A stretch of DNA of 64,000 nt from Polaromonas sp. (lineage in GTDB: Bacteria; Pseudomonadota; Gammaproteobacteria; Burkholderiales; Burkholderiaceae_C). The stretch covers positions 11,368-75,367 of the forward strand of contig JANOYR010000062.1 of NCBI GenBank assembly GCA_031428975.1. Reading direction: 5' to 3'. The position numbers were made by a program, and so were the translations under genes. Positions 26,635-34,977 of this stretch are shown here, in pieces. Below the pieces are notes generated by a model. It did no database searches, was not told where the DNA came from, and saw nothing but the letters and a program-made list of their open reading frames with translations. Every line of letters starts with the position of its first letter. Within the stretch, counting starts at the first letter, position 1.

Positions 26635-27915
26635 ATGACATTATCAACAAAAAACGAGGCATCATCTTCACTGCAAGCTACCGCAGGCATGCGCGGCGTT
26701 CACTGGAACGAGCAGCGAATGGCGCGGCCGTACCGCCTTACGCTGCACCAACTGCGCACGGCTGACGGCCAACAAACAACGGGCTACCTTTACAGCCAAA
26801 CTGGCAATGAAAAAAGTGTGGTCTGCATCATGCACCCTCGCGAGTTGGGAGTGACGCACTATCTAGTGCCCGATATTTTGGACGCGGGCTACGCCTGCTG
26901 GATACAAGGTGCTCGCTCGGTAGGCAACGACCTGCGACTAGAGCACGAAACCGCCCTGTTTGATGTGGCCACTGGTATGACGCACTTGCACGCAGCTGGC
27001 TTTAGCGATGTTGTGCTACTGGGCAACTCAGGTGGTGCGGCTTTGTACGGTTTGTATACCCAACAGGCTGGACTATCACCTGAGCGCCGTATTGCTACCA
27101 CCCCCGCTGGCAGACCAACGAAACTGGATAATCTTGCCATGCCACTGCCCAGTCGCTTGGTATTCTTATCGCCCCATCCGGGGCCTGGCGCACTGCTGAT
27201 GGCTTGCATTGATGCATCCGCCGACAGCGAAACCGATCCGTTTTCCACAGTTGCGTCATTAAATCCGTTTTCTAAAGAAAATGGGTATGATGTCAGCGTC
27301 AAACAGTCAAAGTATGCTACTTATTTTGTAGCAAATTACCGCTTAGCGCAGCGCGAGCGAGTGGCTCGGATCGACGCTTTTGCCCATAGTTTGTTAGAGC
27401 GCAAAGCCAATGCTCGCAAGGCGCTTAAAAATGCAGCACCAGATCAAGCGTCCAACGAAAAGAATCAAATTGAAGCCGCCTTCGCACCGATTTTTCAGGT
27501 TTGGCGCACCGACGCAGACCTGCGCAGCTGGGATACCAGCATAGACTCATCTGACCGCAAAACTGGCTCACTATGGGGCAACGACCCGATTGCATCTAAC
27601 TACGGCAGCGTGGCATTTGGTCGTGTAGTTACACCCGAATCGTGGCTATCGACCTGGTCGGGATTATCGTCCAACGCAAGTTTTGAAAAATTTGGCATGG
27701 GTTTGGAGCAGCCCACACTGGTGGTGGAATACAGCGGCGACCAAGCGGTTTTTCCCGCTGATTTAGACTACATCTACGCCAGCATTGGCAGCAGCCTTAA
27801 AACCCGCCACCGCGTACGGGGCAACCACCACGGCCATCCGCTGGCCGCTGGTGAGGAGTCAGGCCAAGTCGCGGCTGGGCGAATGATAGGCCAATGGCTC
27901 AAGGAGTCAGCATGA
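26635..27915 (+). CDS. Alpha/beta-hydrolase-fold protein of unknown specificity
   Basis: 426-aa ORF. Nucleophile elbow LGNSGGA (G-x-S-x-G) and C-terminal GDQ..RGNHHG, candidate Asp/His residues. Its stop overlaps the ligase ATG (ATGA). Confidence 0.7.
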   Translation: MTLSTKNEASSSLQATAGMRGVHWNEQRMARPYRLTLHQLRTADGQQTTGYLYSQTGNEKSVVCIMHPRELGVTHYLVPDILDAGYACWIQGARSVGNDLRLEHETALFDVATGMTHLHAAGFSDVVLLGNSGGAALYGLYTQQAGLSPERRIATTPAGRPTKLDNLAMPLPSRLVFLSPHPGPGALLMACIDASADSETDPFSTVASLNPFSKENGYDVSVKQSKYATYFVANYRLAQRERVARIDAFAHSLLERKANARKALKNAAPDQASNEKNQIEAAFAPIFQVWRTDADLRSWDTSIDSSDRKTGSLWGNDPIASNYGSVAFGRVVTPESWLSTWSGLSSNASFEKFGMGLEQPTLVVEYSGDQAVFPADLDYIYASIGSSLKTRHRVRGNHHGHPLAAGEESGQVAAGRMIGQWLKESA

Positions 27916-29573
27916 ACAGCATGAGGCCCATTGGCGTGCGCCAGCCCATAGCAGGCGTGGTGTACCCCCCCGCTGACCGCTTAGCGCACTATATCAAACA
28001 AGGTGCCTTGGGAGTTCAAAGCCTCACCCAAGCGTTCACGACCGCATTTGCTGAGCATGGCAGCAGGGTCGCCATCAGCGGGCCAGAAGGCAATATGACC
28101 TATGCCCAGCTAAATGTGACTACTAGCCGCGTTGCTGCGGGTTTGATTGGTCTTGGCCTCAAGCCGCTGGATCGGGTCATTTTTCAGATGAGCAATTGTG
28201 CCGAGGTGTTGATTTGTTTCATAGCTTGCCTAAAGGCTGGCTTGATCCCCGTATGTACCCTGGCCCCTCACCGCGAACGTGAGATCGGCTATTTAGCTAA
28301 GCATGCCCAAGCCGTAGCCCATATCGTGCGTGGCGACGATCCACGCTTTGATGAAATCGCCTTCGCGCAGAAGATGCAACCACAAGCACCTACTCTACGC
28401 CACATCATTCAAACCCGTGGTGTACCTCAAGCAGGCACAGTTCAATTATCGAATTTAATAGCAAACAATGACCATTTGACAGTGACATTGCCCAAAATAG
28501 AGATGGATCCGTTCCAAGTAGCCGTATTTCAACTCTCAGGCGGAACATCTGGCGTACCCAAGATCATTCCACGGTTTCACAACGACTATGTGTGCCACAT
28601 GCAGGCAGTGTCCAAAGCCTGCGGCTTCACGGCGGATGACCGCATTTTTAACCCCCTGCCCATGATGCACAACCTGAATATGGGCTGTTTCTATGGCCCT
28701 GCACTGCTGTGCGGGGCCACGGTGTGCGTCACGCCAGACATGCAAAACACATCATTGGTGCGTATTTTTAAGGAACAAAAACCCACTTGGGTAATGCTCA
28801 CTGACCCGATCATCGCCAAGCTGCAAGTTGAAATTGATGCAGGCGAAATCAGTTTTACAGACCTGCGCGGTATTGTTGGCCCCAACAGCGCCCCGAAGAT
28901 GCGCGCGCTGACAGGCGCAGCCGCTTTCCATATATTTGGCATGACCGAAGGCGTCATCGCCTATACCCAGCCCCAGCATCCGCAGGCTGCGCTAGACCAG
29001 ACAGTGGGACAACCCGTGCACAGCCTCGATGAGATTCGCATAGTAAAAAGCGGGAGTGATCCGCACAATGGCCAGCTAGCAGCAGAAGGCGAAATGGGTG
29101 ATGCACAGTTTCGCGGCCCGTACACCATCCATGGCTACTATGCAGCACCAGAGCGCCAAGCGGAGTCGTTCACCAGCGACGGATGGTACTGCTCAGGCGA
29201 CTTAATGAGTTGGCGTGATATTGACGGCCAGCGTTATTACAGTTTCCAAGGCCGCACCAAAGACGTGGTGGACCGAGGCGGCGAGAAAATCAGTGCCGAA
29301 GAAGTAGAGTGGGCTTGTAATGCGCACCCAGCAGTGGCCGCCGCTGGCGTCATACCCATGCGCGATGCGGTGCTGGGTGAAAAAGTGTGTGTGTTCGTGG
29401 TGCTGAAAAACGGCTTTACGTCACTTTCTGTAGAGCAACTGGGCAACCATTTGCAAGAGTGGGGAATGGCCAAATTCAAATGGCCTGAACGCGTGGAATG
29501 CATTGCCCAAATGCCACTGACGCAATCGGGCAAGATGTCCAAACCAGATTTGCGGGCGTTGATTGAAGCCTAA
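27912..29573 (+). CDS. Aryl-acid adenylating enzyme / CoA ligase, EntE-DhbE-like (ANL superfamily)
   Basis: ATG at 27912 with aaggag RBS. FQLSGGTSGVPKIIPRFH (A3 motif), GMTEG, YYSFQGRTKDVVDRGGEKI (A8) and SGKMSK (A10). The N-terminal half parallels EntE as I recall it. Confidence 0.85.
   Translation: MNSMRPIGVRQPIAGVVYPPADRLAHYIKQGALGVQSLTQAFTTAFAEHGSRVAISGPEGNMTYAQLNVTTSRVAAGLIGLGLKPLDRVIFQMSNCAEVLICFIACLKAGLIPVCTLAPHREREIGYLAKHAQAVAHIVRGDDPRFDEIAFAQKMQPQAPTLRHIIQTRGVPQAGTVQLSNLIANNDHLTVTLPKIEMDPFQVAVFQLSGGTSGVPKIIPRFHNDYVCHMQAVSKACGFTADDRIFNPLPMMHNLNMGCFYGPALLCGATVCVTPDMQNTSLVRIFKEQKPTWVMLTDPIIAKLQVEIDAGEISFTDLRGIVGPNSAPKMRALTGAAAFHIFGMTEGVIAYTQPQHPQAALDQTVGQPVHSLDEIRIVKSGSDPHNGQLAAEGEMGDAQFRGPYTIHGYYAAPERQAESFTSDGWYCSGDLMSWRDIDGQRYYSFQGRTKDVVDRGGEKISAEEVEWACNAHPAVAAAGVIPMRDAVLGEKVCVFVVLKNGFTSLSVEQLGNHLQEWGMAKFKWPERVECIAQMPLTQSGKMSKPDLRALIEA
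28458..28495 (+). repeat. 38-nt repeat family, copy I (in frame inside the ligase gene)
   Basis: ATAGCAAACAATGACCATTTGACAGTGACATTGCCCAA, 33/38 identical to copy B. It is translated as IANNDHLTVTLP just upstream of the A3 motif. Confidence 0.85.
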
Positions 29574-29641
29574 AGCCCTAAGCCTATAAATCGCACTGGG
29601 ACTGCACACAGCGCACCAGAAAATATAAAGGAATTAATGCC

Positions 29642-30238
29642 ATGACTAAAACCACATTAAACGGCGTGCACCATTCCGCCCGCCCCACATGGAAACTCGA
29701 AGAAACTGTTACTTTTTACCGTGACAAAATGGGTTTGCCACTCGTTCACGCCATATCTGCCAAAGGCTGGGGGCCTGATAACCATGCCGATTTTTTGCAT
29801 TTCTTTTTTGACAGTGGCGGTGGCAGTACTATTGCATTTTTTTATTACATAGGCACGCAGCAACCCGACTGGGCTAAACCGCGTGAACATTATCAATACG
29901 TCGCCACGCATACGGCTTGGCAAGTCAACACGCGCGAGGAGCTGCTGGCTTGGCGCAGCAAAATAGAAGCTGCCGGCATTGAGTTTCAGTTCCAAATTGA
30001 ACACGAAGTCATCGAATCGATTTACTTCAAAGACCCCAACGGCTACCCCATGGAAATCGCTTGGCAGATGCGGCCATTTTCAAAGCTTGACCACCATGAT
30101 GCAAAGCGCACCCTGCAAGCGGCCATTGCCGCCGAACACGCTGGCAAGCAGGGCATTGCAGCCTTCACCTCTATCGAGCCGGTGTGGTTGCGCAAAGCGC
30201 AAGAAATTGCAGCAGATTTTGACAAAGCGGGGATTTGA
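29642..30238 (+). CDS. VOC (glyoxalase/bleomycin-resistance/extradiol-dioxygenase) superfamily protein, single domain plus C-terminal tail
   Basis: 198-aa ORF. NGVHHSARPT..TVTFYRDKMGL..HTAWQV..YFKDPNGYPMEI fit a VOC beta-alpha-beta-beta-beta module with His/Glu metal-ligand candidates. Confidence 0.7.
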   Translation: MTKTTLNGVHHSARPTWKLEETVTFYRDKMGLPLVHAISAKGWGPDNHADFLHFFFDSGGGSTIAFFYYIGTQQPDWAKPREHYQYVATHTAWQVNTREELLAWRSKIEAAGIEFQFQIEHEVIESIYFKDPNGYPMEIAWQMRPFSKLDHHDAKRTLQAAIAAEHAGKQGIAAFTSIEPVWLRKAQEIAADFDKAGI

Positions 30239-30242
30239 AAAA

Positions 30243-30515
30243 ATGGCTACCTTATTTGTCTTGGATGTTCCAGAATTTAGCGCAATCGTTCGCCATTGCC
30301 AAACTGATGCAAGCTTTCAAGTAAGTGTCCCCAAGCTTGGGTATTGGCGTATTGTGCGGGCAGGCGAGATCACCCTATACCGGAAAGAGCTAGGTTTCAA
30401 GCACGCCGTTTGGTACGGGGTGGCCACAGGCGGCTTGCTGGGTCACATCACGCAGTTTGACCAACAAGCTTTGGTCATTTCTGACACACCAGCAGGAGCA
30501 ATACATGAAGATTGA
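30243..30515 (+). CDS. Small hypothetical protein (90 aa), no recognisable domain
   Basis: An internal ATG at 30243 in ORF 29979-30515, 5 nt after the VOC stop. It overlaps the monooxygenase start by 11 nt. Tight operon packing is the only support. Confidence 0.45.
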   Translation: MATLFVLDVPEFSAIVRHCQTDASFQVSVPKLGYWRIVRAGEITLYRKELGFKHAVWYGVATGGLLGHITQFDQQALVISDTPAGAIHED

Positions 30516-31680
30516 CGTGATTGGCGCAGGGCCAGCTGGGCTCTATTTGTCGATGCTGGTCAAAAAGCGGCAACCAAACTGGAGCGTGACTGTATACGAA
30601 CAAAACGCCCCCAATGCCAGCTTTGGTTTTGGCGTGGTGGTAGCAGATGCAGGTTTGGCGCGGCTGCGCCAAGTAGATGCAGCCAGCCACGATGCATTGG
30701 TGTCCAATATGCGTTTTACCAACACACAAACCATAGTGCAAAAGGAGCAGGCAATTGACTTGCGGCAAGACAGCCCCAGTGGTGGTGCAATCAAGCGCTT
30801 GGATTTGCTGCGCGTACTAGGCGATGCTGCACTGGCTGCAGGGGTTAGCGTACATTACGGCCAGCGCATCAATGATTTTGCCGCATTGGATGCTGACTTG
30901 TTAGTAGGCGCAGACGGTGTCAATTCTGCTTTGCGCAATGCCAACGAGGCAGCTTTTGGCACGACACGCAGCCTGCTGACCAACCACTTTGCTTGGTTTG
31001 GCACATCACGCGTATTTGACAACCCTGCCTTGGTATTTCGCCGCTTTGAACACGCTGGACATGTAGGCTATGCTGTGGCGCATTACTACCCCTACTGTGA
31101 CAACATGAGCACTTTTGTAGCTGAATGCGACCACGGCACGTGGCTGCGCATGGGGTTAGAAACCGCATCTGATTGGCAGCGCCAAGCCCTCTTTGAGGTT
31201 GTATTCGCTCCCGAGCTGGCCGGTCACACTCTGCAAGCTAACAACAATACCCTGAACACCGTTTGGCGGCAGTTTCCAGTGGTGCGAAATGTCCAGTGGA
31301 CATCTGGCAACCAAGTTTTATTGGGAGATGCGCAGTCTAGCGCCCATTTTTCAATTGGCTCAGGCACGCGCATCGCCATGGAAGATGCAGCTGCGCTGGC
31401 CCAAGCCCTGCTGACACATAGCAAAAGTGTGCAAGATGCGTTAACTAGTTTTGTACAAACACGCAAACCTTTCAAAGACCGCCTAATTGCTGCATCACAG
31501 CTATCCTATGAATGGTATGAATGCATGGAACGACACATGGAAGCACTTTCCCCGCATGCCTTTGTGCACAGTTACATGACGCGCACTGGCAGGGTGGACA
31601 ATGCAAAATTAGCATTGCAATTCCCAGAATTCATGGCGCAATGGGCATATGAGCAACGCATTAAAATACTCACCATTTGA
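30505..31680 (+). CDS. FAD-dependent monooxygenase resembling the hydroxylase module of aryl-CoA (2-aminobenzoyl-CoA / salicylyl-CoA type) monooxygenases
   Basis: ATG at 30505 with aggag RBS. MKIDVIGAGPAGLYLSMLVKKRQPNWSVTVYEQN..FGFGVV, then GADGVNS and LLGDAQSSAHFSIGSGTRIAMEDAAAL. The specific family assignment is from memory of the N-terminal pattern. Confidence 0.75.
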   Translation: MKIDVIGAGPAGLYLSMLVKKRQPNWSVTVYEQNAPNASFGFGVVVADAGLARLRQVDAASHDALVSNMRFTNTQTIVQKEQAIDLRQDSPSGGAIKRLDLLRVLGDAALAAGVSVHYGQRINDFAALDADLLVGADGVNSALRNANEAAFGTTRSLLTNHFAWFGTSRVFDNPALVFRRFEHAGHVGYAVAHYYPYCDNMSTFVAECDHGTWLRMGLETASDWQRQALFEVVFAPELAGHTLQANNNTLNTVWRQFPVVRNVQWTSGNQVLLGDAQSSAHFSIGSGTRIAMEDAAALAQALLTHSKSVQDALTSFVQTRKPFKDRLIAASQLSYEWYECMERHMEALSPHAFVHSYMTRTGRVDNAKLALQFPEFMAQWAYEQRIKILTI

Positions 31681-31717
31681 TAGCAAGCATTGACCATATT
31701 ACGGTGACATTGTATGA
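31680..31717 (+). repeat. 38-nt repeat family, copy C
   Basis: ATAGCAAGCATTGACCATATTACGGTGACATTGTATGA, 29/38 identical to copy B. It spans the whole spacer from the monooxygenase stop (TGA ends 31680) to the thioesterase ATG (31714). Confidence 0.88.
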
Positions 31718-32211
31718 ATATCTCTCAAAATCTTGCTATCGTAGAGCAAGTCATCAGTGTGCAGCCATTTGTGGTGCGTCGCCGCGTGATTTGGGGTGAG
31801 ACAGATGCCGCTGGAGTGGTCTACACCAACCGCTACATGGACTATACGGCTTCGGCCAATATGCTGTTTATGGCGCATGCTTTGGGTGAAGGACAAGGTT
31901 TAACGCTTACCCAAGCCAAGCAACGCCACGGCATTGGCACGCCATGTAAAGCGCTAAGCGCCGTATTCTACGCACCACTGCGCTGTGACGAACTCTTTGA
32001 CATGCGGGTACAGGTCAGCCGCATTGGCAACACCACGTTTGAGCTACAGGTTATAGCTACGGATTTGCAAGACAAACCGCTCTTTGAAGGCCGTAACACT
32101 ATTATCACTATCGGCCATTCAGACGGCAATGCCACACGGGCTGCTGTTCCCGTGCCAAACGCGGTACGTCAAGCGCTGCAAGCCTATGTACGCACACCAC
32201 CGATTGCATGA
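31714..32211 (+). CDS. Hotdog-fold acyl-CoA thioesterase (4HBT/YbgC type)
   Basis: 165-aa ORF. VIWGETDAAGVVYTNRY is the 4HBT-type catalytic Asp region. Confidence 0.8.
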   Translation: MNISQNLAIVEQVISVQPFVVRRRVIWGETDAAGVVYTNRYMDYTASANMLFMAHALGEGQGLTLTQAKQRHGIGTPCKALSAVFYAPLRCDELFDMRVQVSRIGNTTFELQVIATDLQDKPLFEGRNTIITIGHSDGNATRAAVPVPNAVRQALQAYVRTPPIA

Positions 32212-32224
32212 AAATATCCGTAAG

Positions 32225-33037
32225 CTATATGCTCAACAAAGCACCATCGACCACAATATCTGCGCCGTTGACCAAACGCGATTCGTTGGATGCTAAAAAT
32301 ACTACCGCATAGGCAACATCGTCGGGCTCCCCCAAACATTGAAAAGGGTGCAAATCCTTCAAAGCTTGCACCGCCCTGTCTGCGCCTACATGCTTTGCTG
32401 CCGCATTCTCACTAAGCGGAGTTCTGATATAGCAAGGATGGATAGCATTAATGCGGATGTTATAGCTTTTTTTAGCACACATCACGGCCGCTTGCTTGGT
32501 GAGACTGCGTACACCGCCCTTGCTTGCGCCGTACGCCGAACCTCCCGGCGTTCCCACGTAGGCGGCCACAGAGCCAATATTGATAATTGAACCACCACCC
32601 GAATCCTTCATCAAAGCTACCGCTTCACGCATGCCTAAGAACGTACCATCTAAATTAACGTCCATGATGCGTCTCCAGTCTTCAAAGCTAGTCAGCTCAA
32701 ACGATGGTGGGGGCGGTAGCGCGATGCCTGCATTGTTGACCAACACATCTATTTTTCCAAAACGTTTGACAGTCTGGGCTAGCACGTCGCGCCAACTGGT
32801 TTCTAGTCGCACATCAAGTTGAAAAAATGCAGCAGGAATACCTTGATCATGCAATATTTTTAATGCCGCATCTGCGTGCGCGAATCCGACATCGCTTAAA
32901 ACTACGGCAGCGCCATCTTGCCCTAATCGCAGTGCAATCGCAGCGCCTATGCCACCTAAAGCTCCAGTAATCAAGACAACTTTACCTTGGACGCGCCCTA
33001 TGCGTGACACGCTAGGATGCATATTTTTATCCATCAT
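32225..33037 (-). CDS. Short-chain dehydrogenase/reductase (SDR)
   Basis: 270-aa ORF. VLITGALGGIGAAIA, NNAG and YGASKGG motifs. Confidence 0.88.
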   Translation of the reverse strand: MMDKNMHPSVSRIGRVQGKVVLITGALGGIGAAIALRLGQDGAAVVLSDVGFAHADAALKILHDQGIPAAFFQLDVRLETSWRDVLAQTVKRFGKIDVLVNNAGIALPPPPSFELTSFEDWRRIMDVNLDGTFLGMREAVALMKDSGGGSIINIGSVAAYVGTPGGSAYGASKGGVRSLTKQAAVMCAKKSYNIRINAIHPCYIRTPLSENAAAKHVGADRAVQALKDLHPFQCLGEPDDVAYAVVFLASNESRLVNGADIVVDGALLSI

Positions 33038-34011
33038 TATTGTGGTTCAAGACCGACCTTTTTAATGACTGCGGCCCAACGCTCCACCTCGCTTTTGAGA
33101 AAAGCCGTAGAGTCGACTTGACTTTTTGGTGCGGGGAAAAGGCTGATATCGCGCATTTTGCCGACAATTTCGGGCAAAACCAGTACCCCATTCATATCCT
33201 TGTTGATCTTGGACGCCAAATCCGCAGGCATACCCTTAGGTCCCAACAATGAAAACCAACCAACTGCTACATAGTTGGGCACGACATCTTTAACCAACGG
33301 AATATCCTCCAAGCCTGGCAAACGCACCGCAGTGGTGACGGCTATAGGCTTGATACGCCCAGCTTTTACCAAAGGCAATAGTGGCGCAATGCCGTCCACA
33401 TAATAGTGCAAATCACCTTTTACTAACGCTGCAATAGCTTGCGCGGGTTGGTTAAATGGCACATGTTGCAAACTGACCCCTGTACCCTCCGCAATACTAT
33501 GCCCAACTAGAAATGGCAGCGTCGCCTGTTCGGGGCTACCAAAAGGAGTTGCGCCAGGTTTTGCTTTTGCTGCTTTGATCATGTCTGGCAAATTTTTAGC
33601 GCCAAGGTCGTTGTTCGCCACAATCATCATGGGTGAATCAGCCACAATGCCCAGAGTAGTGAAGTCATTGACAGGGTCATACTTCGCTGCTTTAAGAATT
33701 TTAGGGGTAACCAGCACCGCACCAGCATGGGCGAACATGAATGTGTGGGTATCAGCCGAGTCTTTCACAAAATTCATGGCGATCATGCCACCTGCACCCG
33801 GGCGATTGTCAATTACTACTGGTTGCCCCCATAATGCTGAAAGGCGTTCACCCACCATGCGCGCTGCAACATCTGGCACGGTACCTGCTGGTGCCCCTAA
33901 GACCAGTTTAATGGGTTTACTGGGCCAGCTCGATTGAGCACATGCAATGCCGATGCTGCTCGTAGCAACTGCTGCTACGATGATGGTTTTAAAAAATTGG
34001 CTGCGTTTCAT
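33037..34011 (-). CDS. Bug-family (TctC-like) solute receptor
   Basis: ATG at 34011 with aaggag RBS; the ORF-track start at 34062 lies inside the upstream gene. MKRSQFFKTIIVAAVATSSIGIACA signal peptide, then WPSKPIKLVLGAPAGTVPDVAAR. Confidence 0.88.
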   Translation of the reverse strand: MKRSQFFKTIIVAAVATSSIGIACAQSSWPSKPIKLVLGAPAGTVPDVAARMVGERLSALWGQPVVIDNRPGAGGMIAMNFVKDSADTHTFMFAHAGAVLVTPKILKAAKYDPVNDFTTLGIVADSPMMIVANNDLGAKNLPDMIKAAKAKPGATPFGSPEQATLPFLVGHSIAEGTGVSLQHVPFNQPAQAIAALVKGDLHYYVDGIAPLLPLVKAGRIKPIAVTTAVRLPGLEDIPLVKDVVPNYVAVGWFSLLGPKGMPADLASKINKDMNGVLVLPEIVGKMRDISLFPAPKSQVDSTAFLKSEVERWAAVIKKVGLEPQ

Positions 34012-34048
34012 AGTGAAGTCTCCTTGGTGGTTTACAGTTAAAAAGAAA

Positions 34049-34975
34049 TTAAAGTTTGACACTCATTTGGCCTTTTAGTCCTAGCATGGCGCGTGCCTCG
34101 TTGGGAGTGGCTATTTCTAAACCCAGTGACTCCAAAATGCTTCGGATGAGTTTGACTTGATCAGCGTTGCTTGTGGCTAACTCGCCGCGTCCAAGGTACA
34201 GCGAGTCTTCTAGCCCTACACGCACATTACCCCCCATCAACGCGGCTTGGGTAATCAGTGGCATTTGCCTGCGTCCCGCACCCAACACAGACCATAAGTA
34301 GTTATCGCCAAATAACTTGTCTGCAATACGCTTCATGTGCGTAAGATTCTCTGCGTCACCTCCAATTCCGCCCAGCACACCCAGCACGAATTGAATAAAT
34401 GGATTTTTGACATACCCACGTTTAACAAAATGCTCTAGCGTGTATAAGTGACCCACGTCGTAACACTCAAATTCAAAACGAGTACCTAAGGGCTTAGCTA
34501 CTCGCTCAAAGAGTTGCTCAATATCACCAAAAGTATTGCGGAAAAAACCATTGCGCGAGCCTTCCAAAAATTTGGGCTCCCATGGATATTTCCAATCGGT
34601 CATTTTTTCTGCGGCAGGAAAAAAACCAAAATTCATAGTGCCCATGTTGCATGAAGCCATTTCAGGCGCAATATCTAATGCGGCTTCAAGTCTCTGATCC
34701 ATGGTCATGGTGGCAGCCCCACCAGTCGTAATATTGATAACTGCATCAGTTTTCGCGTGGACAGGTGCAAGTGCCTCACGGTATAGCGCTGGTTCAAATG
34801 CTGGGCTTCCGTCTTCTGGATTGCGCACATGCAGATGTAAAACTGCAGCACCAGCCTGAGCGGCTGCAATCGACTCCCTCGCGATCTGTTCTGGTGTAAT
34901 AGGTAGATATGGTGACATGCTTGGCGTATGTATAGAACCAGTAATAGCGCAAGTGATGATGACTTTATGCGCCAT
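34049..34975 (-). CDS. Beta-keto acid cleavage enzyme (BKACE / 3-keto-5-aminohexanoate cleavage enzyme family, DUF849)
   Basis: 308-aa ORF. MAHKVIITCAITGSIHTPSMSPYLPITPEQIA..AGAAVLHLHVRNPEDG is the characteristic BKACE N-terminus. Confidence 0.82.
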   Translation of the reverse strand: MAHKVIITCAITGSIHTPSMSPYLPITPEQIARESIAAAQAGAAVLHLHVRNPEDGSPAFEPALYREALAPVHAKTDAVINITTGGAATMTMDQRLEAALDIAPEMASCNMGTMNFGFFPAAEKMTDWKYPWEPKFLEGSRNGFFRNTFGDIEQLFERVAKPLGTRFEFECYDVGHLYTLEHFVKRGYVKNPFIQFVLGVLGGIGGDAENLTHMKRIADKLFGDNYLWSVLGAGRRQMPLITQAALMGGNVRVGLEDSLYLGRGELATSNADQVKLIRSILESLGLEIATPNEARAMLGLKGQMSVKL

Positions 34976-34977
34976 AT

